A program made the position numbers and the translations under genes. A DNA stretch of 61,316 nucleotides, counting the filler. It is 10 parts of 10 records of this genome, joined end to end, with 100 filler letters (N's around TTAATTAATTAA, not from the genome) between each part and the next. Parts side by side here need not be neighbours in the genome. Positions count along the whole stretch, not along the records: positions 40,559 to 53,941 come from SRR7504441_6909; positions 54,042 to 61,316 come from SRR7504441_6913; 8 more parts are not named here. The stretch is one strand, 5' to 3'. Positions within the stretch are counted from its first letter, which is position 1. Each line of letters begins with the position of its first letter. Positions 44,991-57,000 of this stretch are shown here, piece by piece. The notes beneath the pieces were generated by a model, which saw only the letters and a program-made list of their open reading frames with translations, had not been told where the DNA came from and made no database searches.

Positions 44991-47606
44991 ATGCCAGCAA
45001 GCGCTGGGAAACGCAGGGCCAGGGCGCGCCGTAATAGCGGTAAGCAGGCGGAGGGCAGGAAGCAGGAGGAAGTTATAGACGAGGAGCCGACGGAGGCGAC
45101 CGCTCCGCGCTACTTGGGTTTCCAGAGCTTTTTCGCTGTGCCGGCCGACGACTCGCTGGAAAACCCGGCAGCGACGGTGATCAGCCGAGTGCGGCGGCTG
45201 AAGCGGCTGCAGTACAACAGACTGGCCCAGTGCATCGAGGTGGTGCGCGGCCGGCGGGATCGGCTGTTCGTGGTGTCGGAGCACTATATGGACAATCTGC
45301 AGGAGCTGTTAGCTCGCGAGCGGATAAACGAGGATCAGATCCAGCCGTTGCTGTTCCAAGTGCTCCAGGGGCTCGCGGCGATGAACTCGCACGGACTGGT
45401 CCACCGTAACCTCACCGCCGACGCGATTCTGATGCTCCCGTCGGGCGAAGTTAAGATCGCCGGCTGGGCGATCCCCCACCTGACACAGAACGGAAAGTAC
45501 GTCGGATTCGGTATCGGGACAGCCTCCTCGATGGCCCCTGAGGTGGTTCTGGCCGGGCCATCGGCAGTGGATGGGCTCTCGTGGAATCCCAAAGTAGACA
45601 TTTGGTCTCTGGGGATCCTGACACTCCAGATGGTCCAGGGCAGGCTGTGGCATGAGGAGGCCGCCACCCCTGGCGAGATCCTGCAGCAGCTGGCGGAGCT
45701 GATCGGGCAGCAGGAGACCGGGATCCCTCTCACCTCCAAGGAGCTCCACTACCACCAGAACGACCGACTCCAAAAGTGGCTATCCGGGAGAGGCCTGGCG
45801 CGGATGTCGCCTGGGCTCCGTCAAGTGATCAACGCCTGCCTCGTTATCGACCCAGCCGAGCGGATGGGGGCCCAGCAGCTGCTCGAGCACTCGTACTTCG
45901 CCGACCTGTACAGCGCGGCGATTGGCCAGATTGATGTAACTGTCTGGCCTAAAATTAGCCACACGCGCAGGCCAGGCGCCAACAGGCCAAGGCTGACCCG
46001 TCAGGGGAGCAGCGGCGGCGCGGGGAGCGCCAGTAGGGCGCACGCCTTCCTGTGGTGGACGCTGTCGGGCGGGTCGCTGGAGCTTGTGCTGTCGCAGCTC
46101 GGGGGCTACTTGCCTTCGATCCTGAGGCTGAGTAGTTCGCTGTGTCGGGGCAATTCTTCACGCCAAAAGTGGATTCAATCCGGGGACGATTCGTTCAGGT
46201 GGGACAGCCAGATCGTCCCGATCCTGCTCGACGGCGCCCCCGACGCAGCCATGCCGCCCGGCGCCCCGTGCGCTGTTGTCGAGTTTGGGGACGACTGGGA
46301 GCAGCTCTGGTGGCGGACGCAGCTGTTCGAGCAGTTGCTGCAAGGGCTGCCTTTTACACGGACTGAGCTGATCGCCGAAGCGGCCCGCGGGATCCCTGTG
46401 ACCATTCAGGGCGAGGTGTGGGCAGCTGTGCTTGGGGTGCTTGAGCAAGGGAACCTCCCTCAGTTGCTCTACAAGCCGCTATCAGCTCAGTATGGGGAGG
46501 CGCCTGGAGTGGCCGACGTTCAGATCGATAAAGATATCCCGCGCTGCCACCAGTACTACCCGCTGTTGCAGTCGTCGGAGGGGCACCAGAAGCTTCGTCG
46601 GATGCTAAAGGTCTGGGTGGCGACCCATCCAAAGCTCCGCTACTGGCAAGGACTCGACTCTCTCGCTGCTCCGTTCCTCACACGGCACTTTGACAACGAA
46701 CCTGTGGCGTACTGGTGCTTTGTGGAACTAGTCAAGACTAAAGTAGGCTCGTTGTTTGTGCCTGACAACTCGGCCGAGCTGCAGACGGCCATGTACAGCT
46801 ACTCTCAAGTGCTCGCGTTCCATGACCCAGTGCTCGCCAACCATTTCATCTCGATAGCGTTCCAGCCGGAGCTGTACTGCATCGCCTGGTTCCTCACGCT
46901 CTTTGCGCACGTGCTGCCCATCGAGAAGACCTGCATCTTGTGGGACTCTGTGCTGGTCCATCCGCCGCAGCTGGTCATCTACGTTGCAGCTGCAATGGCC
47001 CAACAGTTCCGTAGGCAGTTGCTCTCGTACGACTTTAACGGCTGCGTACTCTTCTTCTCGCGAAACCTGTCGTCTGTTGACATCCAGACCTGCGTTCGGC
47101 ACAGCCTTTGGATGCACTCGGTCACTCCACCGTCGATTGCGGCCGAAGCCATGGCGCAGCCGCCCCTCGAGCCGCCTTCTGACCTCTCCCGATGGTGGGA
47201 GCAGCCCATGCCAACCGAGATTAAGCGCAACAAGGCGTACTCGTCTCCAAGGATCTCCGTCGCCGACATGGAGCTGGCTATCAAGGCTGACAGTTGCAAA
47301 CTGGTTGATGTGCGCCCACCTGAGCTGTTCAAGGGCTGCCACGTGATTGGGTCGGTCCATTGTGTGGCAAACGAGCTTGTGCCCCAACACTCAGAGTGGC
47401 TGTCAGAGCCGGACGACGAGCAGCATGAAGCCGACAGCATTGACGTGATTGTGGTGATTGGCGACGCAGAGGATGCCACGCTGGCGGCCAAGCTGCTCAC
47501 GGCTTCGCCGCTGAGGTTTGTGGCTATCCTTCTCGGCTCGATCGAGGCTGTCGCACAGGATGCACCGCACCTATTGTCGACAGGGGGGGACGACCAAGAT
47601 ATCTGA
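44991..47606 (+). CDS. TBCK: TBC domain-containing kinase (pseudokinase - RabGAP TBC - rhodanese), apparently intronless
   Basis: LFVVSEHY, VHRNL, MAPEV, KVDIWSLG; QIDKDIPRCHQY, YWQGLDSLAAPF, ELYCIAWFLTLFAHVLP; rhodanese-like VDVRPPELFKGCH. Confidence 0.93.
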   Translation: MPASAGKRRARARRNSGKQAEGRKQEEVIDEEPTEATAPRYLGFQSFFAVPADDSLENPAATVISRVRRLKRLQYNRLAQCIEVVRGRRDRLFVVSEHYMDNLQELLARERINEDQIQPLLFQVLQGLAAMNSHGLVHRNLTADAILMLPSGEVKIAGWAIPHLTQNGKYVGFGIGTASSMAPEVVLAGPSAVDGLSWNPKVDIWSLGILTLQMVQGRLWHEEAATPGEILQQLAELIGQQETGIPLTSKELHYHQNDRLQKWLSGRGLARMSPGLRQVINACLVIDPAERMGAQQLLEHSYFADLYSAAIGQIDVTVWPKISHTRRPGANRPRLTRQGSSGGAGSASRAHAFLWWTLSGGSLELVLSQLGGYLPSILRLSSSLCRGNSSRQKWIQSGDDSFRWDSQIVPILLDGAPDAAMPPGAPCAVVEFGDDWEQLWWRTQLFEQLLQGLPFTRTELIAEAARGIPVTIQGEVWAAVLGVLEQGNLPQLLYKPLSAQYGEAPGVADVQIDKDIPRCHQYYPLLQSSEGHQKLRRMLKVWVATHPKLRYWQGLDSLAAPFLTRHFDNEPVAYWCFVELVKTKVGSLFVPDNSAELQTAMYSYSQVLAFHDPVLANHFISIAFQPELYCIAWFLTLFAHVLPIEKTCILWDSVLVHPPQLVIYVAAAMAQQFRRQLLSYDFNGCVLFFSRNLSSVDIQTCVRHSLWMHSVTPPSIAAEAMAQPPLEPPSDLSRWWEQPMPTEIKRNKAYSSPRISVADMELAIKADSCKLVDVRPPELFKGCHVIGSVHCVANELVPQHSEWLSEPDDEQHEADSIDVIVVIGDAEDATLAAKLLTASPLRFVAILLGSIEAVAQDAPHLLSTGGDDQDI

Positions 47607-48004
47607 GGTTGTGGCATCTGGAGACGGCATTCTTGTGCACGTCATCGGCCTTATCAGTTTCGTGTAAACATATTTTGAACATGCGTAATTGACTAATGCT
47701 CAATCATGCTGCTCCGGCGGATCTAGGGCGGATGAGTGGGTGGGGCGTACTAGGGGCGTACAAACAAATTGTTGGTCAATAAACACACATGTTCAAATAC
47801 AATGCTAATGTCGTGACATTGCAATTGAGTAATCAATTATACTCAATTAGTTTGTAAGATGTACAATGTTAGAACTTGAAAGACATGTCCGAGATTTAGT
47901 ATTTATGAATCAAGTACCAAGACTGGTAGATTGAAGATGAATCAGATTGTGTCTCGGAGCTCTAGTTTATTTGATGCTACATTCAGCATGACCCCGGAGA
48001 AGTA

Positions 48005-48976
48005 TTACTTATTGACGTGGAGCTCGTATCCTGCGAGTTGCTTTCGTAAAGTATTGCCGGCACAGTTCTGGTTGTTCACCGTGATGTAAATCTCAGCTGT
48101 GGTCACTGGCTTAGGATGACACTCCTTATTCAATTGAGTGTAATACGGAATAGTCTCGTCCACCTCACAGACTGTGCCAGAGGCATCACCAGCAAAGTAC
48201 CGCAGCGAATACCAACCGGACTCCATGTACTCTGAGCTATAGAAAATGAAAGTTCCCCGCACTGTCTTCATTGGCACGTGCGTATAGTTTCATCTTCTAC
48301 GTCCTTCAAAGCAACATCCGTTGATACTTGGCAAGTATCCGTCCGCCCTTGTATTATCATTGGCTCACCGCCACACTCTACCCCATGCCTCGTCCCACTG
48401 CTTTCCGTTGAATCATAGAACTCGTAGGTCACGTGAGAGTCTTTGATCTCTTCAATCCCAGTGGAGAAGGATTCAAACTTGGCGTAGAACTGTGGGTGAC
48501 AGGCGTTTAGCTCGGTGGCAGTAGTTGCAACCGCATTGGTGCAGTCTGTGGTGGTGTAGAAGTTGCACCCGTTACCGCCAATGGGACACTGCACCCCATG
48601 GCATTAGTCGGGGCAGCTCACTAGGGGCAGGCCAGAACATACCTTGACCGAGTGGATGGTGGCGTAAGGTGCGCCGATGATCTCCTGTGTTCGATCCAGT
48701 GCCCCCCCCATCTCCACCTCGGTGCATACAGCTCGTGTATTTCCCACACCGTCGCTCTCCTCACGGCGAGAAATGTACAGGATCTGACCCAAGGCAGCAT
48801 TGGGGTGTCTGACGTGGTCTGACACAGACACAGGGCGCCACAAAACTGGAGCTTCACTGCGCCCCGCCCAGTTAATCCGCCGCCTGGCCGCCGCGCCGCT
48901 TACTGTAGTTGGCGCCAACCGGCGCCACCAGCCCGGTGAGCACAAACGCCAGCACAACCCAACCCCGCGCTGCCAT
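48005..48976 (-). CDS. Secreted Cys-rich hypothetical protein with an apparent 1-nt frameshift near 48290
   Basis: Signal peptide MAARGWVVLAFVLTGLVAPVGA; two introns; DVEDE and NYTHVPMK lie in different frames across gatgaaactat. Confidence 0.6.
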
Positions 48977-49281
48977 CGTTTTCTGTTCCCAGTCTGGAAT
49001 CCGCCACCGATCCTCGGAGTCTTGATCGATCTCAGGTGCAGCACGGATGCATGAGCATTGGCAGCGGAAATAATAGCAACCTGCAATGCGCATTAAAGAT
49101 CGATTACATGCGCATTGCCATGCAACGATCAACGATATCGATGCAACCATCGTATGCCATGCACCGCCGTCCCGGGCCTCGCCTCATTAGACCAGTATGG
49201 TTATTATAAGCTTAGTATCAAGTAAGAGACATTACAAGTTTACAAGTTCCAAGGTTTCAATTGATTAATATTATTTTTGTA

Positions 49282-50677
49282 TTATTCGTTGCGCCAGGTG
49301 CGTATGACTCGTTGCGCTAGTTGCTCGGACTTAGCCGGCCGCCTGCCGCGTTTAGCTTTCTCTAACCGCTCTTGCGCTTGGAGCAATCTGACCGTCACAC
49401 GTGCTCAGGCCAGACACGCGCCCCGGCACACCTCTGATGTGATCTCGTAAGCTTCTCTGCCGAAACGGCGGCCACACTCGGCTGCGGGCTCGGACTGGCG
49501 AGCTCGAGCCAGGCCCTATGCTCCTCGCCCCTCTGCCTCCTCGCCCCGTCCTCCTGGCTCTCCAGCCCGCCAGCACAGCTGGACTGCTCACTCTCCCTTG
49601 GCCGGAGAGGCAGCTCTGACCGCTCCTCCACCTCGGCTCTCCTCTGCTCTGCCAGCCTCCTGTACCAGCCAGCCTCCAGCTCAAGCGCGTGCACCCTATC
49701 CCTCGCCGCCTGCCGATCTGCCCCCCCGGTGGACCCAGCAACCAGCCTGCGGTCGCACCGGCCTCCCTCTGCCTGCCGGCCTCTGCCAGCCTCGCCTCGA
49801 GCGATGTAACCGCCTGCTGCAGGCTCTCCACGTCAGCCCAGCTGGGCTGCTCCCGTGTCGCCTACTCTCCGCGTCAGCCACCGACAGCATGCCGCCTCAC
49901 CGAGCTGTACCGGAGGCCGGAGCCCTGCTCTGCGCAGGAGACAGATTGGGCGTACATCTCAGCGTCCACGCACCGCTGCATCAGTTCCTGGTTCCACTCC
50001 TCCACCACTTTCTGCTGCTCGGTGAGCGATGCGTTCTCCTCCCGCAGGCGCAACAACTCTGCCCGATCCGGCGGACTCGCCTGCTCACTCGTCCGCAGAT
50101 CGGGAACACCGCTGCGAGCCGCTGCAGCCACCGTAGCCAGCTCCTCGGAGCCACCGCTGCGGGCCGCTGCAGCCACCGTAGCCAGCCCCTCGGAGCCACC
50201 GCTGCGGGCCGCTGCGGCCATGGTGGCCAGCCCCTGCTGCAGCCCGGCGCAGCTAAGAGCCTCATCCGGCTGGTCCGCGGGCCCGAACCGCATCGCGATA
50301 GGCCAGTCGCTGCTCACAATCAGCCGGCGGACCGCATGGTACGGCATCGCCTCCACCGACTGGCCGTTCACCGCCAACAGTCGCATCCCAGCAACCACCG
50401 ACCGACCGATGCGTTCGTTGTGCACCTGCCCGCCCGGCTGGGGGGCGTCACAGCGGACTCCGGGCGCACCTCGCTGACCAGGGCCCCGCCGGCGTCGGGG
50501 CCGGGCTGGAGCCGGATCCCGAGCGGCTCGCCGCGGGGGAACTTGACGGTGCATCCGACGGACGGCACCGGTGGCGGCTGCCGATGGCGGCGGGCCAGCC
50601 AGGTCAGGTACTGCCGGCCCTGCGCACACTCACGCGGGCAGGCGCGCCGGGCGCACCGGGGTCACTTGGATAGACAT
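49282..50677 (-). CDS. PDZ-domain plus coiled-coil protein
   Basis: VKFPRGEPLGIRL...ALVSEV|...GMRLLAVNGQSV...YHAVRRLI...WPIAMRF, followed by heptads; several introns. Confidence 0.75.
50107..50234. repeat. 45-bp coding tandem repeat, about 3 copies (LATVAAAARSGGSEE)
   Basis: Repeated gccaccgctgcgggccgctgcagccaccgtagccagc. Confidence 0.8.
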
Positions 50678-50788
50678 TTCGCCCCGGCAGCAAGGCCTGG
50701 TGCCACTGCACTCTCCCGATCCGCAACGGACATGAAGCAACGGACTTTGATAATGTCGAAGTGAGAAGCTGGTCGAGTAGTGTAGAGG
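50678..50788. promoter_or_regulatory. Compact bidirectional promoter with two GCAACGGAC copies
   Basis: 111 bp between divergent ATGs; CAACGG at 50724 and 50738; the same motif occurs in other divergent gaps. Confidence 0.55.
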
Positions 50789-53144
50789 ATGAGCGACGAG
50801 GTGAACCCGTTTCTGGTGGTCACCGCGGTGGTCATCACACTGATCATCATCTTCCTCTCCTGGTCCGGCCGGCCCGCCCCCCGGTTCGAGCTGGCGGCAG
50901 GTACTTCGTGTATTTATTCAAACACCCGACCGAGGAGGAAGCCAACAACGCCATCTGGGCCAAGATCATCGTCATCACCTCACTTTCGCTCACTGGCACC
51001 TCCATCCTGCTCCCCGCCATGGACGCCGCCAACGGCGACGGCGGGATTCCTATGGTGCCTTGCCGGGAAAGCCGGGCCTGAACGCAGTCGACAGGAGGAT
51101 CTTTGGTACACCGTTTTTGCCGCGCAGGCGCTCATAGCGTTCGCGGTCATCCCGTTCTGCATCTTCTATTATGAGGTGGCTCGGCCCGCGCTTCAGACCA
51201 ACGTCTGGGCCGCAGAACTTCTCCAACATCGACGTGGACGAGGACACGGGCGAGGTCACCATCCGAGACCGCTGCTGCCAGATGCGGGTGCCCGCCGCAG
51301 CCGACGCGCGCACCTAATTGAGCCGCTGCAGGCGCTGCGCACGGCGTGCTGCTACTCTTTCGTCATGCTGGCTGTCGTGCTCACGCTACTCTTCATGCTT
51401 TGGGCGTGGGCTGGCGAGGCGCGCTGGCCAAGCCCAGGCTGCCCGCTGAGCATGCGCAGATGGAGATCCCTGTCGAGTCGTTCCAGGGGTTCATCAAGAC
51501 CTACCCGGCCGATGGAGTGATGGAGAGCTCGCTTGACTGCGGCTCAGCCGCTACTGGCTCTGAGTGCGACTCGAGCAGTGAGACTCTCAACCTGCAGACT
51601 ACATTCCTAGTCTATCTGATCGCCTTCTTCTCCTTCTTCGGGTGACTCATAACTGGCTCTCTGGCCTGCCTTGCTGTCCCGTAGGCGCGGCAAGGTCGTG
51701 TCTGATTGATCGATTGCTGGCCTGAATGTGCGTTTACGAGCTGAACGTGTCGGGTGCAGCTGGTTTGTGCTGGTTATCTACGGTGGCATTGGATTCTTCG
51801 GGCTCCCACTCAACCTGATCAACTCCTGGAGGGCGCGCATCCAAGGCCTCTCGCCTAAGAAGCGGGATGAGGCAACTTCGAGCCCGGCTGCTGGCTCACT
51901 CTGTGGGCAGATGCGGCGAAAGCACGGGGCACGGGCGCAGGACGTGCACCACATAGCTCGGTGCATGATGGACGAGTTCGCCAAGCCCGGTTTCGAGTAC
52001 ACCAAGGTCGACAAGGAGCACTTTAGGGAGTCAGTTGGTGCTGGAGGTCCGGGCTCATCCGGCCTGGGCAGGTTTAAAAAGGCTTACACCATGCTGGCCC
52101 AGCGGTTCAACAACTTCAAGATGGTCCGACCCCAGCCCGGCGCCCGCTCAGCTCCGGCCGCAGATGTGTGAGGTTTCTGACAAGAATGAGGGCTCAGCAT
52201 GCACTCATTGTCTGGGGCTGGTCGCCGGGATTTTGTGTCTGATGATCTCCATCGTGTGGATCATTCAGATCGCTGTCTACATGCTCCCGCCCAAGCCGCT
52301 CAACCCGTTCCTGAACGAGGCGTTGATTTGGCTAGACACTGAGGTGCGCGTTGCTGCTGTCAAGGCCCGCCCGAGGGGTCACAGGTTTGGGGCTTCTTTG
52401 GGACTTCGCTGTATGCCTTGTTCTCCTTCTATCTAGTGCTGTGCGTGATCCAAGGCGCGCGTGGCAGCCTGGGCCTGGTTGACTCTGGCACAGGGAATAT
52501 TGATTTTGGATTCAATGTCGGATGCTTTAAGCTGCATCCCCTCGTGGTGCCACTCACAGCCTGGCTCGACCTGAGCTCGCCCTGACAGTACGGCGACACG
52601 CTTATGGCCTCTTTCCTGTTCAACGCCATGATCCTGGGTATCACCTCCTTCTCGATGGTCCAGTTCATCACACAGGCTTTCGCGGTGACACAGCCTCCTG
52701 CTGGGCATGTTCACCGCTCGCTTGCAGGGCTATTCTGGGCCAAACTCGTCTGCCACAGTGCTCTTCCACGTCTCTGCGCGGAACATGCAGGGGTTCCAGT
52801 ACTTTTTCAAGTATAACATATTCATCATCATCATGCTCGCACTCGCGTTTCTCAACCTACTTCGGGTGAGTCGACAGCAGCCGCTGAGTCTTGACCGTTG
52901 GGCCAGTTGATGCTGTGTCGACCCAAGAAGAACAACCTTGACAGAATGCTCAGGATGTACGACAGGAAGGGCAGAAGCTTAGAATCGAGAGCGGCCCAGA
53001 TGGGCACAGAGACGGAACTGGTCGACGTCAAAGTCACTGGTAAGTAAGGTGAGGACAAGCCTGTGGGCCTTCTAACCATCGCTTGGTGCAGATGAGCAGC
53101 GGCCTTTGACACCCAAAAGCCGGAATTCGACCCGAATGATTTGA
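50789..53144 (+). CDS. LMBR1-family membrane protein (intron-rich)
   Basis: YLFKHPTE, ILLPAMDAAN, VIPFCIFYYE, YLIAFFSFFGWFV...YGGIGFFGLPLNLI, PFLNEALIWLD, HPLVYGDTLMASFLFN, SMVQFITQAF. Confidence 0.88.
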
Positions 53145-53419
53145 TACCAATCGACTCCGACTCCAGCGAAGATCTTGATAGCTATGTCCCCGGTCCCGAC
53201 GCACGTGTATTTGATGCAATTATAAGCTTGCAAAGACTTAAGTCCATGGCTGGATGATTGAGGCTTGCAGTTAGCTCCGAGTCGCCTGCTTGCACAATAG
53301 TTAGGTTAAGTTAGGTGCTTCAAATAGTATATAGCTAGCAGAGGTATGAATCTGAACTACAGAATTACTCAGCGCAATCTGCTTTCATTCAAAATCTGTC
53401 AAGAATCTCTAGCGTAAAT

Positions 53420-53941
53420 TTACGCGATGAAGGCCGGGCTACTTGCGATTTTCCTTGCAATTTTCTGCACGAGCTCTAACTCCTTCCCGTGCTCAGATGA
53501 GCCTTTGGCGGCAGCTTGATAAAGCTCGACCGCGCGCTTCTGGTCCTTGGGCATCCCCAATAAGCCGTCCTCACACGCCCGTGCCAGATGCACCGCCGCC
53601 CGAGGGTCGCCTGACATGCACTATTAGTAACAACTAAGTAACAACAGAGGCCAGCGGACCAGAACAATATTAGTAACAACATAAAGGGCAAATTCCTCAC
53701 TCACCGGCATCCGCCAGCTGCCCAAACAGCACTGCCGCCTTGTCAGAATCGGCCGCGACACCCAGGCCGTCCCGATAGGCCAGCGCCAGGTTCCAAGCGG
53801 CCTTTGAGTGCCCCTGCACCGCTGCGGCCTGATACAACTCCACCGCCTGCTTCAGATCCAGGGCCAGCTCCCGGCCTTCAGCGTGAAGGTGCGCCAGGTT
53901 GTACTGGGCATCCGGGTCGCCGGCCTCAGCTGCCGATCGGT
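53420..53941 (-). CDS. Sel1-repeat protein, 3' part
   Basis: AQYNLA...AVELYQAAAVQGH; AAWNLALAYRDGLGVAAD; GDPRAAVHLARACEDGLLGMPKDQKRAVELYQAAA. Confidence 0.8.
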
Positions 53942-54041
53942 NNNNNNNNNNNNNNNNNNNNNNNNNNNNNNNNNNNNNNNNNNNNTTAATTAATTAANNN
54001 NNNNNNNNNNNNNNNNNNNNNNNNNNNNNNNNNNNNNNNNN

Positions 54042-57000
54042 GGTCCCATCGGTGACATAACTAAAGAAATTACCGCCCGTGTCGGCCGTCCCAGAGGCGC
54101 ATTGGTCGACAGTGTCCATGATGCCCAGTGAGCGCTCCGAGCTCGCGCAGCTCTGCCCGTGTCGAACCACCTCAAACCTCAGCTTGCCTGCCACCAACTA
54201 GTCAACCCGGCCGCCTGTGGAGAGCAGCCACCTGACTTGGGCGTAGGCAAAGCGGCGCTGATATCTGGATCGGCGAACCGAGCCAGCGCTGTGTCTGCAC
54301 AGCATCGAATGGCGAATCCCTTAGCAAAGTCCTCAGCGCACTGCTGCTTGCATCGGCACGTCTGGCAGTGCTCTTCAGCGCATTCGACAACAAACTGGTC
54401 AGAGGGAGCCACGTTCAGTGGACTGCAGTAGACTCTATCTGGCGTGAAAGGTTTCATGGTCAAGCTGTCGTTGGTCGCGAGCTGAGTTGTGCTCGACATT
54501 GTGCGGCCCAGTGCCGCGCCGCACACGAACGACAAACCAGTCCTCTTCTTTTCGCTCCTCATCACAATCCGCCCATCGTCTAGGCTTTCAAACTCTACTG
54601 TGGTCGGCCAATTTGTTACCCCGCCCGACTTGTCCAGACTATCCATCTCGAGGTCGCACAGTATTACCTCGGCGTCCTTGGCCGCACCCGCTCCTTCGTA
54701 GCGCACGACTCGGCAGATCTTGCCTGTGTGCACTGATTTGAGTGTGGCCCGATTCCCTATCGAGTGCATCACCTGCCCCAGGGCCTGAGCTGCTGCGACT
54801 GCTGGGAGGAGGCACCTCGTAGCGGGTGGCCTGCCACAGCTCTTGGTCGCATTGCATCGGGCTGAGCGCGTCAGTCACGCCGCAGTACTTGCCTACTGTC
54901 ACAGGGCCATTCGGCACATTGGCCGCCCTCCTCAGCGCCACTGTCGCCCCCTTTTGCAGCCCACCTGTCCCAGGCACTCACAACCCTGCAAAGCAAAGCG
55001 GGCCCGGTCACCTTGGAGCGCCATCTGCGAGGCGCACTCAGCTGGACAGGCGCGCCAACCTTGATCGCGCGACCCGGGCGCCACCACGTGCCCACCCCCA
55101 TAGTGGTCCCAAGGCCGCGGGATCTCGTTGGGTCGATCCGGCATGCACGATTCTGCTGTCCACACCATCGCCCCGCCGTATCCACAGGGCGTCTGCCCGG
55201 CCTCGGTCTCCGAGACTTCGTGTGGAGAGCACATTCTGGCCCCGATGGCCTTGCAGGTCTTCTCGGCTCCCGCCCAGCCCGGGGCCTTGAGATGCTCTGC
55301 ACGGCCTGTAATCGGCACGTGACACCAGCACAGCCGCCGTTTGTTGGGCTCGGATGGCTCGCATCGCCCGGCTGTCTGGTCGGGAAGATAGCACATGCCT
55401 CCTGTTGGCCCGAGGGCCGCCCCTATTGAGCTGCGCGTGGAATCGGTGACCAGGCAGTGGCGCCCGACCAAGCCCATCACTTTCTCAAGCTCAGGAGCTG
55501 AAGCGACCCTTCTGGTGGCATTCTCGAATGCCTGGCGACTGCATTGCATATGCTCTTCGGTGCATGCTGCATTGCAGGATTGTCCTAGATTGGCAAGCTT
55601 CCACTCTCCTGCGATCACCAGTCAGCAAGTGCACAGCATCCAATTCACCTGGCAGAGCCTGCCCTGTGTGCTCGTTCTCTCCTGGACCGAAGCAGTCGTC
55701 ACCAGAAAACACTTGCTCCTGCCACGCCATCAGCCCCACGCTCGGCGCTAAAGCTCACCTCAGCGCACACGTGCGTGCTCGGCCGGAGTTGCCAGCGGTC
55801 GGCCACTACGCTATGGAGCTCCTCGCACGTGCGGCGAGATAGGCAGAGCTCATCCCGCAGCTCCATGTGCCGCCTCTGCCGTATCTTGTGCGCCTCGAGT
55901 TGAGCCATCTGCTGCTCAATCTGCTCCAGTGCCTTCTGGTGCTCTTCAGAACGCGCCTGGAACTCCTCGGCCTCGCCTTTAGCGTCCGCCTCCGTCTCTC
56001 GCGCTCTCTTAGTGGCGTCTATTGCTCGCTGGTAGCGTTGCTGGGCCTCGAAGAGAGCCATCTCAGCTTGGGAGACCTTGGTACCCTGCTCAGCGACCGA
56101 CGCCTGCAGTCGGGCAGCACTCTCCTGCTTCACTTTCTCCACCCTTGCCGCGGCCTTCTGCTGTACGTTGGTCAGACTAGCCGCGAGTCGGACCCGAGTG
56201 TCGGACTGAGCTGCTTGTGCTCTTTCAACAGTGCCAGCCATGCCCGCCTGCACACCCGCAATCATAACCAGACAGGGCACCGCCCGCACCTCCGTTCTGT
56301 TTGTTAGCTGGGTAGCAGCAACAGCAGCTTCTCTGAGCCGCTTGTCTGCATCCTGGGTTACCAGCTCTAGCTTGGCCTTCTGCTTGTTCAGCTCGATGTT
56401 ACTCTCTGAGGCTGAGTAGTTGGCTTGGTGCAATTTGGATTTGACTCTAGCATCCTCGGCATGAGTATGCAGCAGGTCGACTTTCTCCACTTGCACCATC
56501 TCCTTTAACTTTTCCAGCCGCAGATGCTCGTGCTGCAGCAACTGGTCCCGTTGCTGTTGGGACGCTATCAGCCCATCCGACGCTTCCTTGAGCTGACCGC
56601 GTTCCTCTCTCAAGGCCCTCTTGGTCTCGTTCACCTCTTGCTCGCGCTCAAGTACGCTGCGTTGAATGCTGCGTGCCCAGCGAGCCTCGCGCATCTTCTT
56701 TTGTTCCGCATCCTCTGTGCGCTTGACCGACAGCTCCTGCTGCTCCTGGCTGCGCTCCCACTGCGTCGCCGCATCATACTGGGAGTTGGCGATGCGCTTT
56801 TGTGTCTGTTCCTGAGTTTTATCGAGCGATGTTTCAGCAGAAACCTTTGCATAGCGAGCCTGCTCCACAAGATCATGAGCCTGAACCACGACGCCCTTCA
56901 ATCGGGTCTTGAGAGCAGAGATGGCTCCCTTTGTCTTTAGCTTAGCTTTGAACTTTGCATCAGCCTCTGAAGCCTTGCTTCCAGCGATCTTAGTCTTAGT

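Noticed and set aside
44991..46000. Degenerate kinase motifs (HRN, AGW instead of DFG) as a novelty or pseudogene sign
   Set aside because: TBCK is an established pseudokinase, so this is expected.
8335..54041. Recurring TTAATTAATTAA palindrome as a biological repeat or CRISPR-like array
   Set aside because: It is always centred in identical N padding, so it is an artificial contig linker.
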